From: a virus
Virus record (IMG/VR): IMGVR_UViG_3300021339_000006
Location: 1 to 64,000 of that record
Length of the DNA stretch: 64,000 nt
Strand: one strand, 5' to 3'
Every line of letters starts with the position of its first letter. The first letter of the stretch is position 1. The position numbers and the translations under genes were made by a program. The notes under the pieces were generated by a model. It saw only the letters and a list, made by a program, of their open reading frames with translations. It was not told the origin of the DNA and did no database searches. Of this stretch, positions 55,014 through 63,663 are shown piece by piece.

Positions 55014-55961
55014 TTATTTCGAGTGAATTGCCTCCCAGCAAGCTGCGGCCAGGCCGGCGTGTTTACTGTCGTAGAAATTCCTTCCAAAAATATCAATGAC
55101 CTTGAACGCACGCACACCAAACGCGTGATTGGGAGCGTTACCTTCTTTTCCTACCATGCACGCTCTGGCATACCCGAGAACACAATACCGGATCCCTTCC
55201 GCGTCTTCATCCTTTACTGCCCTCAGGATGCGTGCTGCATCAGACCACGCTGGATTGTGTGCCATCATTAGACGCGCGAGGTCAAAGGCAGCGTCCTTTG
55301 TAAACGTAGTGACTTGAATCGCCTTCAGTTGCTCCGCTTCCGTTGGGAGCGAACCTACCGCATCCAAAATCACAAGCGCCTTGCGTCCTGATCCGTCCGC
55401 AGCATCCGCAATCGCTTCGACCACATCATCCGTCACGGACAGCTTTTCCTTGTCAACGACACGCTTGAGCACACGAGTTAGCGCAGCCTCATTCAGCGAT
55501 TTCAATTTGATCTCTGTTGAGCGCGTGTGGATTGTTTTGATCAGCTTTTGCGGATCAGTAGTCGCCAACATGAAGTAAACATGGTCGGGCGTGTCCTCGA
55601 TCATCTTAAGCAAGGAATTCTGTGCGTCACCAGTCAACTTGTGCGCCTCGTCGATCAACCAAATGCGCGCCTTCCCCAACATCGGCACCAGTCCCAAATG
55701 CTTTTTGATCTCCCGAACCTTATCAATGCCGCGATCGTCCGCCGCATTGATCTCAAAGAAATCCTGGTCGCTGCATTCCAAAACCTCTTTCAGGATGCGG
55801 GCGATTGTTGTCTTGCCGCATCCAGACGGGCCGCTCAACAAAATGGTGTGCGGGATCGTCTCACGATGGATGAACGTTTGCAGTGAACTCACCGCATCGT
55901 CCTGACCCACCAGACCTTTCAACGTCTTGGGCCGATAGCGTTTGTAGTATTCTTTGCTCAT
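55014..55961 (-). CDS. clamp loader ATPase (DnaX gamma/tau-like)
   Basis: YRP..L..LVGQ, GPSGCGKTT, DEAH, AQN.LLK..E, TI.TR motifs. Confidence 0.92.
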   Translation of the reverse strand: MSKEYYKRYRPKTLKGLVGQDDAVSSLQTFIHRETIPHTILLSGPSGCGKTTIARILKEVLECSDQDFFEINAADDRGIDKVREIKKHLGLVPMLGKARIWLIDEAHKLTGDAQNSLLKMIEDTPDHVYFMLATTDPQKLIKTIHTRSTEIKLKSLNEAALTRVLKRVVDKEKLSVTDDVVEAIADAADGSGRKALVILDAVGSLPTEAEQLKAIQVTTFTKDAAFDLARLMMAHNPAWSDAARILRAVKDEDAEGIRYCVLGYARACMVGKEGNAPNHAFGVRAFKVIDIFGRNFYDSKHAGLAAACWEAIHSK

Positions 55962-55962
55962 G

Positions 55963-57441
55963 TCAGTTGCGTCCTAGTATCTCCCTCAAAAACAATTCTG
56001 CGTCGGTTGTAAACTTATCGGGCTTGTCAGGATGGTAAAAGCGACCTTGCTTGAATTTGACCTCGCGCTTCTGGAACCAATTCCCACCAACCGGCGCAAG
56101 TTCATACTCCACCTCGAGCGGCACAATCAACCACGGATACGCTTTGCGCAATTCCACCGTGACGGTGTGCTCCACAATCTCGAGGTAATTTTTCAGTTCC
56201 TTCTGATGCACGTCCCCAATCAAGCTGTCGTGAATCTGCCCTACAATCATGCTGCGCATCTTATACTTCCGCAGCAAGCGGTTGACTCGGATCAGTGTCC
56301 ACAACAGGCAATGGAAAGCCGAACCCTGCACTGGGTAGTTGGTAACCGCATTGCGTCCGAATGAACCGAACACACGAAACCCAGTAAGAAGGTCAAAGTA
56401 GCCTTTATCCAAGTAGGCGTGATACCAATCGCGCCTCCACTTGCCGTATTCCATGAAACGGACATTCCAAAAGTCGTTTTCAACTTCTTGAATGTGCTTC
56501 TCAAATGTGTGCTTGCGTGGCTTTTCGTCTGGGTCGCAGGCGCCCAGTTCTTTGATCCCTTGCGTGGACTTGAGCCATCCTTTGAGGGACATGCCTCCCG
56601 GTGCGGTCAGCTTGCCCTTATCTATCCACTCCCACAGTGCCTTGGCGCAGGCAACGTAGTAGTCGCCATAAAACTGAGGGAACACAAATTTGTTCTTTGC
56701 GCCATAGCGCGCGTCCTTACTCACATCGTGCGGCTCGAGGCAATAAATCTGCGCCGCCATATCTCGATGCATGTCCTTACCTGGCGTGGTGATATAGGAA
56801 ATGAAGTTCCTATCGTGGTGGTAGCACGCGCTCACACCGACCTCGATACCTTTGAAATCATTCTCCACCAGCAAGTGACCTTTGCTTGCGATAAACAAAC
56901 TGCGGATGATTTCAGCGATCTCCTTATCGCGCACTGGAAAGTTTTGGAAGTTTGGGCTGTTGCTGCTGGAGCGGTAGGTCTTGACCGTGTGCAGATTAAA
57001 GAAGGGATGCAGTCTTCCATCCACAGTCTCACGCTCAATCCCAGTAAGGAATGTCCCTAGCGCCTTGTCATACTTCTGAAACCGAATCAACTTGGGAATG
57101 AAAGGATGGTCGATCTTTTGCAGCGCCTCTTCATCCGTCGAAGGCTTCCCGGACTCTGTTTCATCCGTCACTGCATAGTCCAGCTCTGTATGGAAGATGG
57201 CCGAGATTTGATCCCGCGCAGTCAAGCTGGCTTTAGGGCCAAAACGCCGACGCCACAGTTTCCAAATCCTGTCTTCCTCAATCTCCTGACGCACCTTGCG
57301 CAGCTTGTCCTGAATGTCGCTCTTGGTGCGCTGCAAACGCGGCACGTCAATCCTGATCCCATTGCGCTCGATCCGGGAAAGCTCAATCAGTCCGTTGTGA
57401 AGCAGCGCGTAACCCTCCTGCCTAATCGCATCAATCTTCAA
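55963..57441 (-). CDS. family A DNA polymerase, polymerase domain only
   Basis: SS.SPNFQN, DFKGIE (motif A), R...KNKFVFPQFYG (B), QIHDS (C); TTG start 7 nt after AAGGAG. Confidence 0.92.
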   Translation of the reverse strand: MKIDAIRQEGYALLHNGLIELSRIERNGIRIDVPRLQRTKSDIQDKLRKVRQEIEEDRIWKLWRRRFGPKASLTARDQISAIFHTELDYAVTDETESGKPSTDEEALQKIDHPFIPKLIRFQKYDKALGTFLTGIERETVDGRLHPFFNLHTVKTYRSSSNSPNFQNFPVRDKEIAEIIRSLFIASKGHLLVENDFKGIEVGVSACYHHDRNFISYITTPGKDMHRDMAAQIYCLEPHDVSKDARYGAKNKFVFPQFYGDYYVACAKALWEWIDKGKLTAPGGMSLKGWLKSTQGIKELGACDPDEKPRKHTFEKHIQEVENDFWNVRFMEYGKWRRDWYHAYLDKGYFDLLTGFRVFGSFGRNAVTNYPVQGSAFHCLLWTLIRVNRLLRKYKMRSMIVGQIHDSLIGDVHQKELKNYLEIVEHTVTVELRKAYPWLIVPLEVEYELAPVGGNWFQKREVKFKQGRFYHPDKPDKFTTDAELFLREILGRN

Positions 57442-58618
57442 AGCCCATCTCCTTTCTTTGCACCATCGCGAGTCGGTATTCCAGGATGGCATCCATACCG
57501 CCATACAGGAGCAAGTCTTTGAGGTTCGCCTCGCGGATTCGATTGTAGTGCGTCGATTCGTCAGACTTGAGATAAGATTCAACGTGCGCGTCGTAAATTG
57601 GAACGCCCAGCTTTACCAACGCCTGGAACTTGAGCGAACAAATGCCTTCCCTATTGTCCAAGCAATGGGAAGCCAACATCGTGTCCCATCCCCAGCGCCG
57701 GACGCCGTGGTTGAACATACGCAGCGTCCACCGCTCTTCCATCTTGAGGTTGGAGGCGATCTTTCTGGTGCGTTTGGAACTCAGGAACTTTCCCGTCGCT
57801 GCAATAGCTTTTCCCCACCACGGATAGGACACAGTGCGCTTGCCGTTGCTGACTGCGCAGCTAAAAATCTTCGCTTCCGGCCAGTCCGCTTTAAGGCAGT
57901 TGCATTCGTAATCCACTGCGGCGAAGCCACCAGCAGCATCAATCTCTTCCAACGCCTCAACCACCGCGTCCTCTTCGAACAGCAATTCAATTTTGCTTTC
58001 CCAATTCGGTTGCTTCGGTGGCGACTCTTCAATGTCAAAAGCCATTTCGAGATGGTCGGCGAACAGCCGGTCCATCAATTTGTTTTTCATCCGCAACAGG
58101 TAGGAAGGATGATACGTCGGGACAACCCAATGTTTCTCAAGTGGGATTTTCCAACCGACCCATCGGCCCATCTCTCCTATATCTGTTTTCCAATATGGAC
58201 CGATCACACTGACCAACGCCGACCGGCCCAGCGTAATGATCACGCGCGGTTCGTAAGTCTCGATTGCTTGCAACAGGTTTGGCCGGCAGTAACCGATCTG
58301 CTTCGCGTCTGGCGTTGCATTGTTGGGAGGACGACAGATGAGTGCGTTTGTTACCCAACACTCTTTGTCCAACTTCACCCCCAGACTGCCCAGCGTGTCG
58401 CGTAGGTATTTGCCAGCAAGTCCAACAAATGGACGCCCTTCCTGATCCTCTGTGGCTCCGGGAGCCTCTCCAACCACCATGACCCTCGCCGTTCCTCGTC
58501 CAGCCACCACCATCTTAGGACTGCGACAGGTCTTGAAGAGGCCACAGGAACCACACTTGGGCAGGAATCCCTCTGGCTTTTGACTATGGACTGCGCTTGA
58601 TGCAAAGAATCCAGTCAC
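57431..58618 (-). CDS. family 4 uracil-DNA glycosylase fused to a 3'-5' exonuclease domain
   Basis: CxxC...C, GEAPG..E...G.PFVG, CRP, HPSY; then VDYE, N..ME, WDTML, Y...DA exonuclease motifs. Confidence 0.88.
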   Translation of the reverse strand: MTGFFASSAVHSQKPEGFLPKCGSCGLFKTCRSPKMVVAGRGTARVMVVGEAPGATEDQEGRPFVGLAGKYLRDTLGSLGVKLDKECWVTNALICRPPNNATPDAKQIGYCRPNLLQAIETYEPRVIITLGRSALVSVIGPYWKTDIGEMGRWVGWKIPLEKHWVVPTYHPSYLLRMKNKLMDRLFADHLEMAFDIEESPPKQPNWESKIELLFEEDAVVEALEEIDAAGGFAAVDYECNCLKADWPEAKIFSCAVSNGKRTVSYPWWGKAIAATGKFLSSKRTRKIASNLKMEERWTLRMFNHGVRRWGWDTMLASHCLDNREGICSLKFQALVKLGVPIYDAHVESYLKSDESTHYNRIREANLKDLLLYGGMDAILEYRLAMVQRKEMGFED

Positions 58619-59703
58619 TCGTTGTTACCCTGTTTCTTCTTCTTGGATTTCTTCTCAGGCTGCTCTTCCTCCTCGTCCTCGTCGCCGTCCTCTTCCACTT
58701 CCTTCGCTGCGCTGAGGACAGTGGTGTAGGTCCAGTGACCACCCTTAGCCGAGAGCTTGTCGTTTTGAATCACGGCCTCGGAGTAGTTCTCCGAAATGTG
58801 CTGGAGCAATTCCGGCGAGATCAGGAAGGTCATAGGCGGCCCTTCGTAGGCAACCTTACTCACCTCTTTATACCATCCGAAAACGCCCTCGCCCTTGATC
58901 AGCATCCGCCCGTCCACCAAGTTGACTTGGACTTGCGTCTGCCCCGACGCATCCGCCGCAAACACTGCCGCGCGATCGCTTGCCTTCACTGCCCCTTTCG
59001 GCAGGACAATCTTGTGCCCTTTGACCTTCAGCAAATGATCCAACTCTGGATAGCTCTCAGCATAGCGCCGGCAGGAATAAATCAACCCATCGGCGTTCTT
59101 GAAGTGAATCCAGGACTTGGTCAGGGACATCTTGTTCATCCCCAGCGAGGTAATGTCCTTCAGCGCAGTGCCGCGCACCAACACCGAGTCCTCCAATCCA
59201 ATGTCCACCTTGCAACGCAAGATTTGGAAGTTGTCGCACGCTTCCACGTAGTCCGGATGGAGGTGAATGCAGCACAGCAAGAACTTGCTTTCGTCACCGC
59301 TCACGCAAAGGCTCACCAGCCCTACGGCTTCCGTGAAGTCTGCGGGCAGCTTTTTCCACTTCTCAGGCTGCTCAACGCGATCAATCGGAAGGAAAATTTC
59401 TGCGTCCTTCGTGATCCCAAACCCTTTCTTCTTACCGCGGAACTCCAACTCGCCCCTGTCGTTCTCGCGCACCTTGAGGAATGGATCGTCCAACTTCTGC
59501 AAGATGTCCAGCAGCGCAGTTGCCTGCACAGCACCAGTGATGGTTACTCCGATCTCCTTTCGACAAGCCACCTCGTCGTTGAAGGTCATCACGTTTCCAT
59601 CCTGGAAGACAAAACAGGAGGACTGCTCGATGAACTCCCTGGGTGATAACCCAGAGCGAACGGCCAACAGATCATTTAGGAAGTCTTCTCTTTTTATGTT
59701 CAT
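58615..59703 (-). CDS. sliding clamp (DNA pol III beta-like)
   Basis: 362 aa; S.DE...L..I, A.D....; YP....L; next to polymerase and loader. Confidence 0.75.
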   Translation of the reverse strand: MNIKREDFLNDLLAVRSGLSPREFIEQSSCFVFQDGNVMTFNDEVACRKEIGVTITGAVQATALLDILQKLDDPFLKVRENDRGELEFRGKKKGFGITKDAEIFLPIDRVEQPEKWKKLPADFTEAVGLVSLCVSGDESKFLLCCIHLHPDYVEACDNFQILRCKVDIGLEDSVLVRGTALKDITSLGMNKMSLTKSWIHFKNADGLIYSCRRYAESYPELDHLLKVKGHKIVLPKGAVKASDRAAVFAADASGQTQVQVNLVDGRMLIKGEGVFGWYKEVSKVAYEGPPMTFLISPELLQHISENYSEAVIQNDKLSAKGGHWTYTTVLSAAKEVEEDGDEDEEEEQPEKKSKKKKQGNNE

Positions 59704-59962
59704 TGGTTTTGGTCTTTTCGGAAGCTGCTTTCTTTGCCGGCTTTTCCCGATGCTTCTTTAAGAATCGAAAGAGTGATTCAATTTGCTCATCCGTAAGCTT
59801 GTTTTTGCGCTTGAGGTATTTCCTCAGTCGATCGCCAGACCAACCCACCCAATGCGGAAAGATGTGCATTTGATGGAACGTTGGCATGACATGGGACTTG
59901 CGCTGCGGGATCAGGAATTCGGGTGACGTTGTGCCTCCTCCGCCTGAAAAATAAACTCTCAT
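59672..59962 (-). CDS. small protein resembling the N-terminal strands of TGT/DpdA barrels
   Basis: MRVYFSG...HVMPTFH; ATGA-coupled to the dpdA stop. Confidence 0.55.
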   Translation of the reverse strand: MRVYFSGGGGTTSPEFLIPQRKSHVMPTFHQMHIFPHWVGWSGDRLRKYLKRKNKLTDEQIESLFRFLKKHREKPAKKAASEKTKTNEHKKRRLPK

Positions 59963-61035
59963 AGAATCTCAAAGGACTTCCTGATCCAAGTTCTCTGCGC
60001 GTCTCCAACTCCATCCCGAATCGCCAACGGCCACGGCCACTTGGGCCGGCTCTCTTCAAGGTCTTTGAGGTAATGGAGATTCACCAGTGAACGCGCACGG
60101 AAGTTGGTGCTGACTCCATACGGCTCCTCTTCCGTCGAATTCAACTCAACACCCAGATGTCCCAACCACCGGTCCGTGTCCTCTTTAATCGAAAGCTTGG
60201 CGTTGTCATAATGCTTGTCCTTGCACTGCCTGGGATGCCGACCTTTTGTAGTCCACGCAAAACGATTCATCCGCTTTGTCACCTTACGCGAAACGTTGAC
60301 CTGCATGGGAGGCACATCGTATCGGAAGCCAGTTCTCTTGTCCCACCTGGGCACGAGAATCCAGCCGTAGGATGCAAGTTTGATCCACGTTGCCGAGTCC
60401 ACCGACCACCACGGCCAGCGGCACATCAGCTTCCAAGAGGTCATCGCAAAGCCGTGTGTCTTAATGACGGGCAAGAATCCATTGGACTCTGGACAGAGCT
60501 TTGTGAACAACGTGTCTGCCCAACGCATGTAAACGCCCACGCCGATTGAATGACCTAAGCCACCGATCCCAATCAGATCGTAACGCCCAGCCTCAAGGTA
60601 ACGATCCACATACTTCAAGTTCGTCCCTGCATGAATCACAGGAATGGGTTGGACACCGTGCTCTTCCTCAAAGAATCGCTGCACCTCCCAAGTCAGGTCT
60701 GGATTCTGAATTACGTCCACCGTGGTGATCAGGACACCAGTGCCTTCCAGCTTCTTTACAAACACTGCAAACTTGTCGCAGTAGGCTCGGAACGCAGAAC
60801 CTTTGGACAAGTCGAAGAACGAGTAATCCCCTTTGCCTCGAGGGATCGCCGCAGGTTCAAGACTGCGTCCGTGCTTCCCGATCTTCTCCTTGTGCCCTAC
60901 ATGGAGGTTGAACAACGAGTAAGCGCCCGAGTCAACAAACATGGACTGGCAGGACAGATCGCCGTCCTCGATCTCTGTCCAAGAACGGCTGTCTCGGATC
61001 ATCCGTCGGTTAATCTCCTTCAGCGATTCACTCAT
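59959..61035 (-). CDS. dpdA: DNA 7-deazaguanine transglycosylase (TGT-like)
   Basis: FVDSGAYS, DVI, PIPVIH, IGIGG, HGF, PWWSVDS..W motifs; clustered with folE/queD/queE. Confidence 0.85.
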   Translation of the reverse strand: MSESLKEINRRMIRDSRSWTEIEDGDLSCQSMFVDSGAYSLFNLHVGHKEKIGKHGRSLEPAAIPRGKGDYSFFDLSKGSAFRAYCDKFAVFVKKLEGTGVLITTVDVIQNPDLTWEVQRFFEEEHGVQPIPVIHAGTNLKYVDRYLEAGRYDLIGIGGLGHSIGVGVYMRWADTLFTKLCPESNGFLPVIKTHGFAMTSWKLMCRWPWWSVDSATWIKLASYGWILVPRWDKRTGFRYDVPPMQVNVSRKVTKRMNRFAWTTKGRHPRQCKDKHYDNAKLSIKEDTDRWLGHLGVELNSTEEEPYGVSTNFRARSLVNLHYLKDLEESRPKWPWPLAIRDGVGDAQRTWIRKSFEIL

Positions 61036-61241
61036 TGCTGTAGGTGCTCCTTTGCTTGCGCAACCACGCACCCGTGCTTGTGTCGAACTTGAGGAGGTGT
61101 CTTGCCAGTGTCATTGCAGTGGACACAATACCACTCAACCGAAAGGATTGTGTCCAACATAGACATCCCTCTGCGTGCTGGACGCTCCTTGATAGCAAGG
61201 TCAACCATCTCACTTAAAAGCTGCTTGGTGCTTTTACTCAT
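61032..61241 (-). CDS. small Zn-finger-like protein
   Basis: CVHC...H..GC; coupled between folE and dpdA. Confidence 0.65.
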   Translation of the reverse strand: MSKSTKQLLSEMVDLAIKERPARRGMSMLDTILSVEWYCVHCNDTGKTPPQVRHKHGCVVAQAKEHLQQ

Positions 61242-61827
61242 TGTTGGACTTTGCCAATTCGATCAGCTTGTAGAATTCAGCACGCACCTCTGCCTTCAAA
61301 AACGTGCCGCGCAACTGGGAGGTGACCATTACCGCTTTTTGTTTCTGCACGCCTCGGCACGCCATGCATTGGTGCTTTGCCTGAATCACAACACCAACAC
61401 CGGCCGGCTTGAGATGCTTCGACATTGCGTCCGCAATCTCCACTGTCATCTTTTCCTGAATCTGCAACCGCCGCGCAAAGCAATCCACCAAACGCGCCAT
61501 CTTGGACAGTCCCACCACACGTGACTTCCTCTTCGATGGCAGATAGGCAATGTGCGCGTAGCCAACAAACGGAAGCAGATGGTGCTCGCATACAGAACTG
61601 AATTCGATCCACGAGCAGTTAATCATTTGATCGTAACGGCCCGCAGCGAAATCACGCTCCAGTATTTCCTCTGGACGCTGGCAGTAGCCTAGCGTCATCT
61701 CGTCCCATGCACGCACCACCCTGTCGGGCGTGTCCTGGAGGCCGTCCCTGTCAACGTCCTCACCGACATAGCTGAGCAAGGTGCGAATCGCCTCTCGCGC
61801 CATCACTTCTGTTGCCTGTTCCTTCAT
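61234..61827 (-). CDS. folE: GTP cyclohydrolase I
   Basis: GL.DTP.RV, CEHHLLPF.G, GLSK, RLQ.QE, H.CM..RG motifs. Confidence 0.97.
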   Translation of the reverse strand: MKEQATEVMAREAIRTLLSYVGEDVDRDGLQDTPDRVVRAWDEMTLGYCQRPEEILERDFAAGRYDQMINCSWIEFSSVCEHHLLPFVGYAHIAYLPSKRKSRVVGLSKMARLVDCFARRLQIQEKMTVEIADAMSKHLKPAGVGVVIQAKHQCMACRGVQKQKAVMVTSQLRGTFLKAEVRAEFYKLIELAKSNNE

Positions 61828-62529
61828 TCAATAGCCTTTTGCTGGATCGCCTCCCAATGGGACTGGCGTCCTGCTCCTACTATCTGCGAGGTCCACGGCA
61901 TACAACTTGTGAAGCTGCCATCCAGCGCGCAGTGGCTGCCCTCGATAGCACTGCACCACAGCCTCGGAGATCGCGTTCAGCACTGCCGGATTCTTCCGCT
62001 GACTCCACTCTGGGTGCAACCAAACCGAATTGGGAATCGGATCAGTCCCGAACGCCTCCTCCAACGCCTTCAGGTAGAAATCAATGTCTGCTGGCGTTTC
62101 GATGATCAGCTTGAACTCATCTGCCTGCTGGATGTTCTCAACCAATGGCATTTTCCACTTCTTGGGTGAGAGGGTTATGAAATCGAAATGACCCTTCATC
62201 GGAAACGATCCACTCGTCTCCAAATGAACCTGCATGAAAGAGGTGCGCAGTTCGTGCGTCAATTCTGTGAGGTCATGAACAGTCGGCTCGCCTCCAGTAA
62301 TGACAACAAAATCAACGATGGGATCCGCGCACGCCTCGACACGAATCTCCTCTGCCGACATGCGCTTGATGTCCTTGGGCACATGGTCTGGATGCCAAGT
62401 GCCTGCGCTGTCGCACCAAGGGCATTGCACTGGGCAGCCGAATGTCCTCAGGAAATAGGCTGGGCGTCCCATGTGGGTGCCCTCACCTTGGAACGTCCTG
62501 AATCGCTCGTGTATTGGATACAACTTCAT
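61828..62529 (-). CDS. queE: 7-carboxy-7-deazaguanine synthase (radical SAM)
   Basis: F.T.QGEG, CPVQCPWCD, TGGEP, ETSG, SPK, QLHK motifs. Confidence 0.95.
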   Translation of the reverse strand: MKLYPIHERFRTFQGEGTHMGRPAYFLRTFGCPVQCPWCDSAGTWHPDHVPKDIKRMSAEEIRVEACADPIVDFVVITGGEPTVHDLTELTHELRTSFMQVHLETSGSFPMKGHFDFITLSPKKWKMPLVENIQQADEFKLIIETPADIDFYLKALEEAFGTDPIPNSVWLHPEWSQRKNPAVLNAISEAVVQCYRGQPLRAGWQLHKLYAVDLADSRSRTPVPLGGDPAKGY

Positions 62530-62891
62530 GGTTGGTAAATGCAAGACGAGGTGCAAGTTTCGTCAATCTCGATGGCAACGAGGCTGGGCAAGCTGTCCTT
62601 GAGTCGCTCGTAAATCCAACGCGCTAATTCCTCGCTGGTTGGATTCTCAAGGCCAGTGGTCTCGTTGAGATAGTGGTGATCCAACCTCTCCTCAACAAAC
62701 GACTTCACCTCCTTGGAGATGGTGCCGAAGTCCATCAGCATTCCCTGCTTCGGCCCATAGAAGATAAGCTTCTCACCCTGCACCACAACGCGCATCACCC
62801 ACGAGTGTCCGTGCAATCGTTGGCACTTTCCATCATGGTGAGGCAGCTTGTGGGCTGCCTCGAATTTGAATTCCTTTTTGAGTGTAAACAT
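62526..62891 (-). CDS. queD: 6-carboxytetrahydropterin synthase
   Basis: FEAAH.L, C..LHGHS, DH..LN, NPTSE, ET motifs. Confidence 0.95.
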   Translation of the reverse strand: MFTLKKEFKFEAAHKLPHHDGKCQRLHGHSWVMRVVVQGEKLIFYGPKQGMLMDFGTISKEVKSFVEERLDHHYLNETTGLENPTSEELARWIYERLKDSLPSLVAIEIDETCTSSCIYQP

Positions 62892-62904
62892 TTTCGTTCT
62901 CGAA

Positions 62905-62933
62905 AGGGTGCCGGCATCTGCGTCCGGCACCCT
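62905..62933 (-). terminator. GC-rich hairpin upstream of queD
   Basis: Perfect 10-bp stem AGGGTGCCGG/CCGGCACCCT with a short T run. Confidence 0.5.
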
Positions 62934-62960
62934 CCTTGAACGTATTATCTGCGCACTGCG

Positions 62961-63560
62961 TTACGCGCTCTTGATTTTCTTCAACGCGCTGGGAGTGAGT
63001 TTGTATTGGATCAGCGTCTGCGCCTCCACCAGCCCGTCTCGACGTGCCCGACGCAAGCGGATGCGTGCCTGCTTGAGCGTGACGCCAGCAGCCTTCGCAA
63101 TCTCCTCGTCGGATTGGAACTCCTCGGTGAGCTTGCTGTTGACCTGGTAGCGGTTGGTGCCCTTCGCGCAGCCGAAAGCGTCGCGTTCAGTTTCTTCCTT
63201 CGGCGCTTTGACTTTCTTTTCCTTCTTGGGCTTCTTCTCTTTCTTCGCGGGCTTGTCCTTCTTCTCCTTCTTGCCGCCCTTCTCTTCCTTGGGCGCTTTG
63301 TCCTTCTTGGGCTTGCCGTTCTTCTCAGCCTTCGCGCCGTCTTCGCCGCCCTCGTCCACCAACAGTTCGATCTCGTCGCCTTCGTCGATGGAAGACAGAT
63401 TGTTGTAATCCTTGATGAACTTGTCGCCCACCTTGTCCGCTTCCACCTTGGTCGGCACCATGCGCAGTTTGCTGATGAGCTTTTCGTCATCCCACTCCGA
63501 CGCCTTTTCCTGCCCGAGGCTCAGCATTAGTGCCACCGCCTGTGTCCGTTTGATCTTCAT
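62961..63560 (-). CDS. Lys-rich DNA-binding protein with C-terminal winged HTH
   Basis: KKEKK repeats; EEIAKAAGVT...RL......GLVE...Y.LT. Confidence 0.7.
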   Translation of the reverse strand: MKIKRTQAVALMLSLGQEKASEWDDEKLISKLRMVPTKVEADKVGDKFIKDYNNLSSIDEGDEIELLVDEGGEDGAKAEKNGKPKKDKAPKEEKGGKKEKKDKPAKKEKKPKKEKKVKAPKEETERDAFGCAKGTNRYQVNSKLTEEFQSDEEIAKAAGVTLKQARIRLRRARRDGLVEAQTLIQYKLTPSALKKIKSA

Positions 63561-63663
63561 ATCTGACTCTGTTCTTTCTTTTGTTGTGTTGCGTGTTTGC
63601 AACTTGGTTCATCAGCATTATCTGACGACGAGCATCGTATGCACACCTTTTGTGGAATTATTT

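Noticed and set aside
57438-57454. prfB-type CTT TGA +1 frameshift joining exonuclease and polymerase
   Set aside because: CTT TGA is in the third frame, not the exonuclease frame; an SD plus TTG start is simpler.
62892-62950. preQ1 riboswitch upstream of queD
   Set aside because: Lacks the GUUC-type loop and A-rich pseudoknot tail; only a simple hairpin.
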